A DNA stretch of 64,000 nucleotides from Hyphochytrium catenoides (GCA_900088475.1 FLMG01000284.1:48951-112950); one strand, 5' to 3'. Shown: positions 25,401 to 38,371, counted from the stretch's first letter. The notes: a model not told the origin generated them from the sequence alone. Made by a program: numbers and translations.

Positions 25401-28169
25401 ACCAGCGAACGAACTCCGTCGGCAGACCGCGGGTCCTAGGAGAGGGTAAGCGAGCTGAATGAGTGCAACGGTGAACAAATCGAGAGGAGAGGAAAAGCAG
25501 TGCATAGGAGGCGATGGTTCGGCTCTTAGGATGAGCTAACTGTGGACATATTGGAAGGAGTGGTTACCTCAAAAAGAGCTCCGGGATGTTCGGACAGGAC
25601 ATGTTTCGACTCGGCAAACTGTCGCGCCGCGGGTTGCGGCTCATGGACTGAGAGTCCAGTAGTAGGAGAAACTCTGCTTCCGTCCGTGCTAGGGGCGGCT
25701 TAGGGTTAGGGCTACCATTATGTGAGACACGTGGAGGCAGTCTACCATCGGTGGAGGTTCTTCCGCGTCTCGTTTCCCCTGACGATAGCCTGGAGTCTGG
25801 CGATCCCTCGGTTGACAGTACTGCCTTTGACGTCCGTCGCCAACATTTCCTTGTCCTACAGTTGGTAGCCGCCGCAGAAGTGTTAAGCAATTGCAGCAAG
25901 CAATGCACATTGATTCCTGAGCGAGGTGGAAAGTGGTGTGGTGGTTCCATACCTCGTCCTCCTTTCGGTGATGATCTTCTCTCAAAGCGTTTCCCGCTGC
26001 GTGGGTGTCAGGTGTAAAGAAGGGTGTCGAGGTGGTAGATGATAGGGTACTCGCCGAAGATGTAGTTACTGAACTCTGACTAGTCGATGGCCGCAGGCGC
26101 TCAGCACTTGTCGTTCTTTCTTGATCCTGGTGTGTCACCGGGTGTGACGCAATAGGTGCTATGGAGGAGCCAGACGGATGAGTAGGGGAGAGCCCGCTAG
26201 GAGCAAGTGCTTCCGCGGGCTTCCCTGTCTTCCCATGTCTTTCTCTTCTCCTCTCTCTTCTGGCTGACATGACCGACGCTAGGTACCGCACAGTCCTGAC
26301 CCTCAGTTGAGTTAAAGCTTTCCGGCAAAAACGTTGTATCGTTACCGCTGTGAGGAAAAGGCGTCACAAGTTTTGGCATATCAAGGGGACGAAGGTATAT
26401 GACCGAGGAGAGAGTGAGGAGATAGGATAGATAAACAACAGTACGAGAAGGATCAAGGCAGGCAGGCAGGCTGATAGTAAAGACGAACTGACTGGGAACG
26501 AGAGAACGTCTGGGCAGAGCTGGTGGCGACATAGGTGTTGACGAAGGCTCTCGAGGTGGCAGAACAGAGAAGGACATGGCTGTGGAGCTGCCTACTTCTA
26601 CTCTGCCTTTACCTGCCCGCAGTTGACTGGCTTCCTTTCTGGCTCTGTAGCCTCTTATCATCCGCTGAATAGCCACCGTGGCGGCGGTTAGTTGTGAGCG
26701 GATTGCTTGAAATCGTCTACGCCCAGCGTGCCCCCTAGGAAGCAAGTACATTAGAGACAACTCGACAACAGTTGTCGGCACAGTAGAAGGGAATGTGGGA
26801 CGAGCTTGAGGTGCCAGTACAATAAGATCCCACCTATAGTAGCGCTGTAGCACTCTGACGGCTCGTAGTCTGCTCCTAGCTCTAGCGGAAAGTAACAGGC
26901 CAAAGAGAGCTGTCAGTGTCTTTCAACTGTCATAGCGCTTAAGCGGCTGGTGGCAGGGGCTCGACAGTGCTCCTTCACTACTCTTGCCTCCTCAAAGGAC
27001 GGATCTTTCCTTGCAGATCTTCAGGCTCTAGTCCTTCCTTTCTCTTTGGCCTACTTACTAGTACCGTTATCTATTTCCCCCTTCCCAATAGGCACTTGAA
27101 TTTAGCTTTCTCTCCGCCCCTGATTACCTCCTTCTCAGCACCACCTGCTCTGCCTCACCGTATCTCATTCCGAAGCAATCTGAGCCTTCTCCTTGCCTGA
27201 AATCCCCTTACTACCTTCTGGATGAGGATGGCGCTGCGAGGGCCCTTGCGGGTAAGATTGAGTTGGTAGATTGCCGTCTTCACAAGGGCTAGTCTAGCCA
27301 CTTTGAGGCCAATAGAACCGAGTAGTAAGTGGCTTGTCTCGTCTCCGCAGAGAAACAGACTTGATGGGATAGCAGAACTGGAGGCTAAAGTTGCTCAAAC
27401 TTACCGCTGCTAATCGATGTCGTTACAGTGCCCTCTGTAGCGTTGTAGAGATGGAAGAACAACTGCAGCACAGGAGATAGAACGGCTCCTACCCGCACTC
27501 TGAAGAGCTTAAGGCCACCATCTGTCCCGTCTTGGTTCTCTCTAAGTTCTGCGTCTTCGGTCGTCCTCTTCTCCTCCTTTGCTTCCTTTTCTTTTTTGTC
27601 CCGCCAGCCGGAGCAGTTCTGTTCCTTAAGGCGAGGAAGCAAAAGACATATCCCGTCTCTCTCACCGTAGATCCTCTTGGGCGGGGCAGCGAGTTGGACG
27701 GCACCCCTTCTTAATCGTCCTCTCATCAAAGCTTGTTGAGGTATTTCACCATGGATAGAACCGAACGACTCCTCGCCCAGAGCTAAGGACCAGATGGGCA
27801 AACACGTGGAGTCAAGAAATTACTCTGGATCTTGCTCTCCACATATCCCAATCCTTTCCCTTCTGACTGATAATTCTTTCCTTCCGTGTTAGCTCATAGC
27901 TTATCCCATATGTGTGCGTTCTTACCGGATCCCTTTCTGTTATCGTCATTTGCTCCTGCGACTAGAGTACTTCTGCGCCGTCCGCCAGTCGATTGGAGCC
28001 CTGCTTCCGTCAAACTTCTATTATCGGCCTCCTTGTTGCTTGCCCCTTGCTCGGCAGCTGATCGGGCGCCTGGCACTGAGAACTCGTCGGGATAAAAACT
28101 GAGGTCTGACGCGTCAATTGTGTGTCCTTCCGACGAGTAGAGCTCCAGTCGTTCCAAATAATGATTCAT
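22418..28169 (-). CDS. Large multi-exon IQ-motif protein, function unknown
   Basis: IQ motifs AILIQKVVRGFQARRR (~27230), VLQRYYR/GHAGRRRF and VAIQRMIRGYRARK (~26670). Also low-complexity linkers, a small beta-rich segment (VGTMVEVNLK...RRGRILKV) and hydrophobic segments. The probable last exon is YLAPFWPPGLIESAKRKEDGEEFE*. The 5' end is uncertain. Confidence 0.6.
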
Positions 28170-28299
28170 ACATAGGCCGAGTTTGTTCCTTGAGACATAA
28201 GCAGAGCATGGGACCTACAGAGAAAATCTTGGCCATCAATGGTGGTCTTGCACTGATAATAGACATCACCTTCAGCATGGACACTGAGAGGGAGCTCAG

Positions 28300-29889
28300 A
28301 AAGAGTCAAATGAATAACGGAAGGGAATTGGTTTCAACTCGACAGCGGAAGGATGACCCTACCTCTGTCTCTTTATCTTTCAAGACACAGAAAGGAGAGT
28401 GATAGCCGCAAAATCCATTCCCTGTGGCGCCCATGGCTGTATTTATACAGAGCCATTGAGTCTGATCAGGTCCCTCTCCTCGCCATCTGATCATCATAGA
28501 TGCTGTAAGTTTCTGATTTCTTTCTGTTCTGCTATTGGGACCACCATCCAATAGCTCCTTGCGTCTGAGAACTTCCTACCTGCAAGTCTTTGGACCCGTC
28601 CCTGAGCCGCCGCCGTCTCCCTCTCCCGTCGTATGAACCGCGATCATCGTCACTCGTCTGCGAACTCTCTCTAAAGAGTACTGTCTTACCCCTATCAACC
28701 AAGGACGAGTAAACAAACGAGCACACGTGATGAGGAGGAGATATAAATTAGGAGCCGGATTGTCGCTAGTTTGTTGTTGCAACGCCGCTCATCAACGAGC
28801 TTGAAGGCCAAGTAATACACCACGAACGGAAAGAAGAGCAGTGCGCGGTGGGAACGTCTCACTCGTCGACGACGTTCAAGCACTATGGAGAGTCATGTAT
28901 AGGGAGGTTCACATACCTGGAATATTGATGACCGAGATAAGACGGTCTGGTCGCTTCTGTCTCCCATGCATATCCTTGTGGCGCTCTGCGTGGCACCAGA
29001 GGCAGAAGCCATACTGATTCGGCACCTCAATGGCTCTGGATAAGTCTTCTGGATGCTGTTGGCATAGACAGGTTTGGGTATGCCATTTGCACAGCCGCAC
29101 CATGGTCTGTACGTCAGGCGGACCGACAGGGAACTCTTGTACAGTTTACGAAGATGAAGATGGTTAGGATTGACGTCAATGAAAGCAGAGAGTTCTGCAG
29201 CAGGGTCCACAAAAGCAGACAGGAGGAGGAAGCGGCTCGAAAAACGGTGGTGATTATACGCTAGAAATCTAACTGGCACAGGCAACGAGCAGGGAACTGA
29301 TCACTAAATAGAGACCGTCACCATCGGAACGCAGACTGAAGAGAAGCTGGAGAAATGGGCTCTCCATAGAAGGCATTGCCAAGAGCCACATTTGGCAATA
29401 GGGTCGTGGCTGGTTGGTTCGCGATACACGGAACATTTCAGCGGCACACCACCATTATAATGGGCGGTAATTGAGGTTGATGAGGTGCGGAAGAAGTACC
29501 TTCAGCATAGTTCTCGCAATGATATCTCTCATTATTGATCACAGCGCTACCATAGAAGCCAATATTCAAGGTCAGCATTCCTTGTAAGATAAACCAAGCA
29601 GAGGCTGCTATATTGGCAACACGGGATGGACCAAAGGTCGTCCTGTCTTACATGCTTACCTCCAAGTGCAGGCGTTAGTATCTCGTAACAGTCCAACGAG
29701 GGTATCCAGCCTAGGTCTGAGCTGATTCTTCTTTCCTTGCTCCTCCTCGCCAGAAGAAGAGCTGCTGGCACTGTTGCCGCTACTTGGCTTAGGAGCGACG
29801 ACTGCCTTTTTCCGCCTCTTCTTTCTGTTGCTTGCCCGGGCGGGTGAGCTGCTCTTGGGGGCGGTAGACGAGGTGGAGACGGCTGTCAT
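28300..29889 (-). CDS. Possible multi-exon membrane protein (exon structure unresolved; may join the IQ gene)
   Basis: ATG 29889 opens a K/R-rich exon ending at a GTAAG donor. Downstream coding-like frames include AFVDPAAELSAFIDVNP...SIFQ and the hydrophobic ALLFFPFVVYYLAF. Confidence 0.35.
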
Positions 29890-32036
29890 TTATGGAACAC
29901 AGGTCAGGACTGTGACATGATTCGCTTCGTCGGGGTATTCATGACTTACATGTTAAGCCCCAGACCCAACGTCCTTCCCTCTCTCTTTCCTCCTTGAGTT
30001 TGAACCATCCTGAGAGGTCTAAAGCTCCGCCTCCTAACTCTTCTCTGACCTCAGTGAGCCTCTGGGTACCTTCGCCTTGTGTCCTGGTCCCCATTCCAAT
30101 TTCTGGTGGGGCAATGATGAAGTATCCAGCTAGTCTGCACCCTACAGAGTGTTAGACTGTATGCTTCTTCTATCCCCTGTCTCTTGCTTCAACATCTTCC
30201 GGGCTTTATCCTCAACTTACTCCAACGTCGTAGAGATACGAAGGAAGGATAGCGTCCGCCCGTAAACACCTATTATAATCGCGCCTGGCTAATCGTTGAT
30301 GTTACAATGCCCTGGTTACATCGAAGCGCAAAAGGCAGGTGCACCCCGTATCGAAATCCGTTGTCATGATGATGCTGGTTATCCTCTCTTGTAGTCGCCC
30401 ATCTACCTGCCTCTCAACAAGCAGCATCGTGGTTATCCCTATTTGGCCCTTCGAGTCTAACCTGTTAGCTGCTGACTCTTTTTCTCTCTCTGCGAAGTGA
30501 CTAGTCCATTCCTTAACTTCTCCTTCCTCCAGGCTTCGATCACGCCCTTCTCTTAATAGCTCTCACTCCGATACTACTGGTGCTATGCTAGCTGCTTCTC
30601 ATCCCTGCTCTCATCATACAGTCTGCGCCTACCTTGACCCCTCTCTTGGCTCCCCAGGCCTTTGCTTCTATAGCGCTATCAAAGCTCTTCCTCTTTCTCT
30701 CTTCTGTTGAAGATAGCGGGCGCCGCTCTCAGGCTGGTCATAGAAGTTCCCTCCTCAAGGTCTAATCGCCGTTTCGTAAAGAGTGAGCTTTGGAAAGTTA
30801 CCATGATTATTCACAGCTAAACCTTTTCTGGCAGTTTTGTGAAATATAGATGAGGCCCATCTGATTATAAAAGACAAGGACATTATTTTGACATTCTTGA
30901 CATCCTGTAACAATGTTTCAAAAGCACCTATCATCATCGATTTTTTTGTCATCTCCATCCTCCTCCTCCTTTCATCATTTTCTTCACTATTGTTCGTCGG
31001 TCTTTTTCTTCTTCGTCTCACATGTCCTCCCAGTTGATGTGGTACAAACAGCAGTAGGGAGGATTAGTGGATCATCATCAGTCGTCCAAGGCGGCACTCT
31101 GACTGTGTTTGACTACTAGGGAAGAAAGAAATACTTCCTCTTTGATTGACGACTGAGCAGTGGCGCTGCCCTACTACTAAGAAGCTAGCGTAAGTATTAG
31201 TGTTCTGGCAGCAGCTAGTAGGCTCTATTGCCACCAACTTGGCCTTTCCTCCGCTGCTACTGGTACCTGTATGTATATGTATCTTCTCTCAATAAGTTTC
31301 TTCCGCCACAGACGACACACTACCGGACCGACGGAGGACCTGTTGCTGTCATCACTGTAGCTGCTCTGGCCACTGCTGGTGTTGGCGACGTCAAAAGAAG
31401 AAGAAGCAAAGCAGCTGGTAGTTGGGGCTGCGGTGGGTACGTCGCCTGAATAACGAAGCTGTAGTCCTGGGTAGCCTTCTACGAAGACCCTCATCAACAA
31501 AAATACACTGCCGGTCAATTGCTCTAGCCCCGTCGTTTTCCTACCACAAGGTGCTTTAGACTACAATTGACAACAACCGTGGTGTCTCCCATTTGATATT
31601 ATAGCAGCAGTGGACTGGCAGGGAGAATTGTTGCTTACCTTTCAGCTGAGGTCGCAGATCTTTAGTGATCTTAGTTCTTTGGGTACCTTCATCATCTCTG
31701 AACTCCTGCACTGCATAGCAGGAGTGGGGAGTTCCGCCACCCTACTACACAAACTGAGTCCAGGACAGTCGGTGGGGAAAGAAGCACACCACGCACCCAG
31801 CAGCAGGAAGCTGCACCAAGAAGATCCTCAGCCACTGACGGAGAGACGTCGAACTTCACGTCTCTTTAGCGGTTTCCGTCATCAGGTGTCTGTTCGTCCA
31901 CCAGTCATTCCCGATCTACTTTGCTTTGTTGTCGTTCTCCTGTGGGAAGAAAGAGTCGTGAAGACGATACCGTGATTAGGAGGATCGGATCGATCTTCCG
32001 CCGGTTTGATTGGGTTGTTTGAGCAACCAAACAAAA

Positions 32037-32954
32037 ATGGCTTTGGCAGCAAATGAGGTACAGCTAACCGGCCTCAAGAAGAAGATTCTGGTGGAAGTAG
32101 ATGCAGCGGCGATAGCCTCAGCTGTCCCTCTCAAGAGCTTGCCGGGCTACGTTATTCGAAGCTCTGAAGCCCCATCCACCATGCTTGATGCGGCAGCAGA
32201 GATGATGGCGGAAAGCTTCATGGAGGAGCCGGTTTACATAATAACTTTCGCAGACCCTGCCGTCAGAAGCCGTGGCGTGAAATGGGTGTTATCCCGACGC
32301 ATCTTACTCTGGCTCGAGCATTCTCTAATCTACTTTGAGAAAGTCAATCAAACGGATGATAAACAAACGGCGAACGTGGGAAATGACAGCTCCAAGAAAG
32401 AGGTGGTAGAGATCTGCGGACACATTGCTCTTACTCCTCCAGCAAATAGCAAGATGGCTCCTAGCCTGTGGCGGCTGGTACAAATCGGCCTTTGGCAATG
32501 GCCATTTCGCTTTGGGATTTCCTCTATGAGATCCTTTCTTGGCCTTGTAGACCGCTGCAGCACTCACGAGGCCGAGGTGTTTAACCGTAAGGACGCTCTG
32601 GACGACGGGGCAGCTTGGAGTGACATCAGCTCTTCCTCCGGGTTTTGGACCATCCAGGCTTTCTGTATTGCAAAGCACCTCCAAGGGAAGGGTGTTGGCA
32701 GAAGGCTATTGAAGGACGTTATCACTACGTTTCTGGTTCATGATGCCGGCTCCGGAGGCTCTAGTGCAGGTTCTGCGCGCATTGTTTTGCTCACCGAGCG
32801 TGAGATCAACGTCCGTTTCTACCAAGACAAATGCGGCTGGTCGTTGATAGACCACACAGTCTTTGAAAATCTCAGAGATACCGATGGGAATTCGTGCTCC
32901 ATGCCAATTTGGGCTCTGGAACTGCACGTCCCTTTGACCGTAGCAGCCTTATAG
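32037..32954 (+). CDS. GNAT-family N-acetyltransferase, intronless
   Basis: 305-aa ORF with the acetyl-CoA motif FCIAKHLQGKGVGRRLL and C-terminal LLTEREINVRFYQ..GW. The N-terminal AAEMMAESFMEEP is typical of the family. Confidence 0.85.
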   Translation: MALAANEVQLTGLKKKILVEVDAAAIASAVPLKSLPGYVIRSSEAPSTMLDAAAEMMAESFMEEPVYIITFADPAVRSRGVKWVLSRRILLWLEHSLIYFEKVNQTDDKQTANVGNDSSKKEVVEICGHIALTPPANSKMAPSLWRLVQIGLWQWPFRFGISSMRSFLGLVDRCSTHEAEVFNRKDALDDGAAWSDISSSSGFWTIQAFCIAKHLQGKGVGRRLLKDVITTFLVHDAGSGGSSAGSARIVLLTEREINVRFYQDKCGWSLIDHTVFENLRDTDGNSCSMPIWALELHVPLTVAAL

Positions 32955-33205
32955 ACCACCATCAGGGTCACATACCAACTGCTCTAGCCATACATGGTTG
33001 TTGCTTTCTGTCACCCTGAAGACAGTATTGTCATGTTGTCGGGTGGCCTACTAATAGAAACCTAGTAACGAGACGTAAGTGATAGCGAAAATAGCGGGTC
33101 CCTTCTTCTTAAAACTTCTCTTGCGAGCGTGTCGTGAAGCAGCTGTACCGCAAGACTTTTTCCTGCTCCGACTGTTTCACCTATGATGAGAACCGTCGGC
33201 AGCAC

Positions 33206-33363
33206 GATGATAGAACCACTCACATGCTGTTGTATGAGGCGCTTACTTGAACTGTGACTCTGCCTGAACCTGAGTGTGGGGCGGGATGATAGAACCACTC
33301 ACATGCTGTTGTAGGAGGCGCTTACTTGAACTGTGACTCTGCCTGAACCTGAGTGTGGGGCGG
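33206..33363. repeat. 79-bp tandem duplication (1 mismatch)
   Basis: gatgatagaaccactcac...gagtgtggggcgg at 33206-33284 and 33285-33363. Confidence 0.95.
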
Positions 33364-33551
33364 TCTTGGCTAAGCTCCAACCATGTAAAGCCCAAGGAAG
33401 TGTCAATTTGGGCAATAGAGGCCGCCACGGGAAGGACGTTCGTAGGGTTTGTTGGAAGATTTTCTGGGCGTTTGTTTTAGTACCATCCTACAATCACTGT
33501 TACGGAGCTTTCGGGGGTATATCATAAATGAGGAGCTTCTACCAAAGAATA

Positions 33552-33593
33552 CCTCGGAAATGCTCAGTTTAGCCTCGGACATGCTCAGTTTAA
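33552..33593. repeat. 21-bp tandem duplication
   Basis: cctcggaaatgctcagtttag / cctcggacatgctcagtttaa. Confidence 0.85.
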
Positions 33594-34086
33594 CTAAGAG
33601 CTGACTGTCCTCATTCGTGACGACAAGACAAATTCAAGGGGATGGAACGTTTACTGACTTAGGTTGGTGATCATTGGCTACTCCTCTCATCAAACTTTCT
33701 GCGCTACTCGCACCTCCCAGTTGTAGTAGAGCCGTTTTCCAGCTGGCATCTAACAGATCATCCCGCCAGAGCAGCAGCTTCGTTGCAGCGGTGATGCGAG
33801 GTATGCTTTGGACTTACAAGCTTTAGGAATTAAATCATTAGTTAGATCGACCATCGTTCCTAGCACCACCACAACAGAGTAACTAAAGCTGCTATTATTC
33901 TGGTGCTAGATCGGGCAGCGAAAGCATCACTGGCATCGATCTCACTCGCTTCATAAGAGAGTTTCTTAGCATCGAAGACCTGTCTAAGCCGTCAAGGCTC
34001 ATTCCAGTCGTTCCACCACTGTTATTGACTTGTTGAATGATCCGTTGTTGACTTGATTGATCAGCGTCTCCGTACTCCGAAACAGG

Positions 34087-34492
34087 CTGCTGCCATCAGT
34101 TGACCAGCGCTATGGCGGCACCACTTCAATGACCCTGTTTGTGCGAGGTAGAACTATGTCTTGTACGAAGCACTTTGATGACCAGAACTCAGAAGATGCT
34201 CTTCGACATACTACTTGTAATACTTAGATCACAGCTGGCCCACCCGCCTCCTTGCCGCACTGCGGCTGTAAGACAGGGTTGAAGTTGTTTGACTACCCAG
34301 CCTGTGTTGGATGTATCTGGCAGGACGATAATCTGAAGACTCCAAGCTGGCCGCTGATGGCCCCATTACCACACTGTTTCAATTTGTATGATTGGTGTAA
34401 TTATGCCGGCCTTGCAGCCTCTCCTGACATGACGTATTATTATGCCACCAAGTTATTAGATAAAGAAAACGTTCCAGTGCGACTATTGTGGG
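34087..34492 (+). pseudogene. Two phase-compatible exon-like fragments of an unknown gene (possible pseudogene)
   Basis: LLPSVDQRYGGTTSMTLFVR joins AGPPASLPHCGCKTGLKLFDYPACVGCIW...PVRLLW with AG/GT flanks. No clean start or end was found. Confidence 0.25.
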
Positions 34493-34943
34493 TCCGTGAG
34501 CTAGCAGTGATTGTACCTGTAGCTCCCTGTCGGTCTCACCAAGTCTTGACCCTCCTTTCCTCTTCAGTTTACCCTTTCTTTTCAACTCTTTCTTTTGGTC
34601 AAACAGCTCGTTTCCTCAATAATAAGTAGGCTTCGCTTGTCTCAAGCCTCTCTCTTGTCTTTCCACTCTTTTTTCTGGTCTGGTTTCTAAAAACAGATGG
34701 ACGATCAGAACACCGCCTCCAGAAGCCATTTCTGATGCAAGAATAAGATAAGAATAGAGCTTTTCGTTTCTCTTCAAGGAGACTTTTCGAAAAGTATAAC
34801 TCGCCCCGAGGTAAATACTGATACAGACCAATTTTTACGTTAGCGCCACCCAAACTTGAAAACTACTCCTAGACCGCGAATTTAACCGGGAAATTTCTGG
34901 CTTTTTGTGTTGGCAGAATGCAATAGACGGGCTCTGCGTGCTG

Positions 34944-35028
34944 TGATTGGCCGAAAGCCTGCCATAGGTTTAGTGGGCTCATGTGACAGGGAGAGGGCCA
35001 TTCTCACCCTCCACGGCGCTGATTGGCC
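34944..35028. promoter_or_regulatory. Pair of CCAAT boxes (TGATTGGCC x2)
   Basis: Identical 9-mers at ~34944 and ~35020. The reverse complement GGCCAATCA occurs at 57531, upstream of the F-box gene. Confidence 0.5.
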
Positions 35029-35898
35029 AACTCAGGGACTGAATATAGATGGAGGGGAGTGGGTGGGCACGGATATCTGAGTTCTTAGATAATGGATATG
35101 AGGTCTGCTCCCCACCCGCTAAGGTGTGAGAGAGGAGCAAATAAGGTTGCTCCACGCACCTTCCTTCCTGTGTGTGCTCTGTTACCTTCATCACCCTCCT
35201 CTCTCTCCTTTGAGGCTCGTCATCTTCTCTCCCACCTTCTTAGTTCCTACCCCACTTTCTGCTGTTTTCCGCCCTCTTCTATCTCTCTTTTGACCCTTCC
35301 TTTCCTAGTAATTCCCATACCTTTGGCCTACTCTTTCTCGATAAAAGGCTAACCCAGAGGAAAGGCTTTGCCACAGCCTCACTCTAAGGTCCTCTGTCTC
35401 GCACATTTTCCCTATCTATCCTGGCTCTTTCACTGCCCATAACCCTCATCTTCCCCCATCTGTCTCGTTCTATGTCTCTCTCTTTTCCTTCCCTCGCGCT
35501 CTCTTCTCTCTCTCTCACACCCTCTTTCTCGTTCTCCTTTGTGCCTGTCTCTCATATAAAGTGCATGTTTGCGCACAGCGCTAGAAGTCCAACATCAAGT
35601 GGGACTGAATACCAAGCCAAAAGAGCTACGCCAGTCTCTGTTGCTGTCCAGAGCCGACGCCGTCAAGCACTTCCCTTCTCATTCATCAATGTGCGCCATG
35701 CACCCAAGAGCATCGTCGTCTGCGACTCTCCTCCAAGTTGCCGTGAAGACCTCCCGATAACAGCGTAACACAATTATCTGTGGAATACGACCTTCAATAT
35801 TCTCGTTAGAGATCAATAGCAGTTGTACGTCCCAACTACCAAGGATAGACCTTCATTAAGGTCTGCAGAAACAAGATAGTATCTTCGATCTATAGACA

Positions 35899-36243
35899 AT
35901 GTACACCCATACGTCAGCTGGAATCTCAGCCTACTCCCATCAAATGGGACGGTATACACATCATGACCACTACTCTTATGGCGGCTATGCTTATTCAAGG
36001 GCACAACCTTCACAGCCAGTAGCGCCGGCTCAACCTTTTGGATATTACTTTGAGGATGATAGAGAGGATATCTCTTCGAGCTACTATAGTGTAGTGCCAA
36101 AGGCACCGACCCCAGAGCAGCTATCGCTCTATGATTGTGGCAGAGTGCCAACGGGAATTATCCATGTGACAGAGAGCAACCAGACAGTGGAGTTCTTCTC
36201 AACAGCGCACATCCCAGCGCACATTCAGACTCATCAACTATGA
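35899..36243 (+). CDS. Possible small Tyr/His/Ser-rich protein (114 aa), orphan
   Basis: ATG-initiated ORF with biased, coding-like composition, downstream of CCAAT boxes and a pyrimidine-rich leader. No family was recognised. Confidence 0.4.
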   Translation: MYTHTSAGISAYSHQMGRYTHHDHYSYGGYAYSRAQPSQPVAPAQPFGYYFEDDREDISSSYYSVVPKAPTPEQLSLYDCGRVPTGIIHVTESNQTVEFFSTAHIPAHIQTHQL

Positions 36244-38311
36244 AAGTTAGGTGATCGAAGCCTCAGATGAGGCTCGGACTCTGCTAAAGCAGAGTGACCT
36301 GGCCTCTTTGTAGTTCAGTACTATAATGTTGTGGTATAGACGCCTACCTTTGTATTTCTTGTATTTATCAGTGCCCGGTCACTGCTGAATCATCCTTGTA
36401 CCTCTTTCTTTAGACGTAATAAAAGCTTACGGTCTGATCTTTCTACTCTCTTGGAGTGCGTATAAAAGTGCTTGTACCTCAGCGGAAACCCTTGGGCAGG
36501 AAGACAAAAGTTACAGTCGTCAGTCCTGGCTGTAGCTAGGACAGCAAGTAACCTTTCGTGCCATGCGCAGTTTTGTTTGGATCTTTTCGACATGGTTATA
36601 TCGCTGTATTTGATGGGGTCGTGGATTATAGCTGTCGCGCTGCTCAGTCTCAAAAGCTTGTGGCTCCATCTCAGCGGTGTCCCGTGATATCGCTATCCCG
36701 AAGGCCAAGTGGGTGCTTATCCGTTCCAGTCGTCGCGTCTTATCTCGCAATAGAGTGCTGTATGGTTGGCGGACGTCGCCGCGGTTCTCATTCTCACGCT
36801 CATGGCTCAAGTCACAAGCTCTCATGCTGTCCGTGATCGGTTAAGAGTTGCTTGAAAGGCTAGTCTTCTTGTCATGCTGCTGATGACTTGCTAGGGTTTT
36901 TTAGCTACTAGCAGGTCTCGAAATGGGGCGAGTATATTGACTCTACAACGTTGAAACGCACAAGATTCGGAGTGACCGGGTTGTGGCGGCTAGCAAATTG
37001 ACTCTACAGCTCTGAACCCACAACAATCGGCCAGAGGAGGGCAAAGCAATTAAACACATGCCTCGGCGGCCTATAAGACTTCCTGGACCTCCAGATCTGC
37101 GAAAGTAACTCTATGAATTCCTGTTGTCTCTTTCTTGAATGTGTTAATCCAGCGGCCCATACACAACTACTGCCCAGTTTGCGCCCCGCTGGTCTGCTTT
37201 GTGCCACATAGCAAAATGAAACTTCGACACGTTTCATGTGTAGGAGGCATTCCATCAGGCCTGGTTTAAACCGAGGACAAGCCAATAACGTGGCGATCAC
37301 TGAATAGAAGACTCTCGAATGAAAGGCAACGGAGGCAAGAGCAGTAACTGGGACATATTACCTCAAACAGCCACTTTAACCACCGCTGCTTGTTTCCATC
37401 TTACTTCTCACGAACATGGCGCTTAGCAGAGTAGGCGGACTTGTAAAAATAGCACCATGAGAGACATCGAAGCCTACCCCTTGTAGATCCCTCTTGGGCG
37501 TCTTTTCACGTCCATGGTGGGAAGAAGTATCAGCAAGCACCACTGAAGTTTTTTGCACGGTGAGTGACACACCACAAGACCGTCAGGAATGGGTGGTTAC
37601 CTCCCTTGCGCTCAGTGCCACTAATGGATTCCTGAGATACAGACAAGCTTCGGAGCGCCAATGTATACAGATCAGTTCAGCAGACACAAGACATGACGAT
37701 AATGACACCTGCAAATTCTGAAAAGTGTCCCAGCGCTCTTCGTCTAACCCAAACCTAAAAAGTTCTTTGCGTGATTGGGTGCCTCTTGGTCTAATCTGAA
37801 GTGCAAAGTTCCTTCCTTGATGATGAGGCGAGAGCAAAGTGCTTCTCTTTACAAAGTACAATAAGCAACCAACCCAATCAACAGGAAGAAGCTGTGGCTG
37901 CATGCAGCACATATTGGCCTCCTTGTCGCTGCATTGATTTATCCTAAGCTCGCTCATGCTAGGACTTACTACACTCTTAGGGACTAAACTGAAGGAGACA
38001 ATGGCCTGTGTTTTGGCGATGAGAATTGGGCGATGGCTCGCTGAAGTCATGTCTCATCCATGGCAATGTGCGTTACAAAAAGATCTTGATTATCGACAAA
38101 TAATAACTAAAGACTGTAAACTTTTTACAAGTTTGCCACTTTTTTCACACATTTCTGCCAGAAGGATGATGTGAACAGGCACACAGTGGGAGGTACATAG
38201 CATAACAAGGGGAAAATAGACAGCAAACTAGCACTATTCAACTTCTTGCCAATTATCCGTCCGTTTTGGAGTTGACTCGCTTCTCATCGCCTGCATCTCC
38301 ACCCAGAGGCC

Positions 38312-38371
38312 ATGGCCCTCAAGTGCTGAAGAGGTTCAATGGCCTCAAGTGTTGAAGAGGTCCAATGGCCT
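38312..38371. repeat. ~26-bp tandem repeat x2.3
   Basis: atggc(c)ctcaagtg(c/t)tgaagaggt(t/c)ca units. Confidence 0.8.

Noticed and set aside
29643-29659. Apparent 17-nt intron gtaagcatgtaagacag (minus strand) that restores a TM-encoding frame
   Set aside because: Much shorter than the other introns here, and alternative donor/acceptor combinations exist. It cannot be supported without RNA data.
33206-33363. 79-bp and nearby short repeats as a CRISPR array or snoRNA pair
   Set aside because: Two head-to-tail copies with no spacers, no cas genes, a eukaryotic context and no proper box C.
37004-38200. Short ORFs possibly from a decayed element
   Set aside because: No recognisable motif or consistent splice frame.
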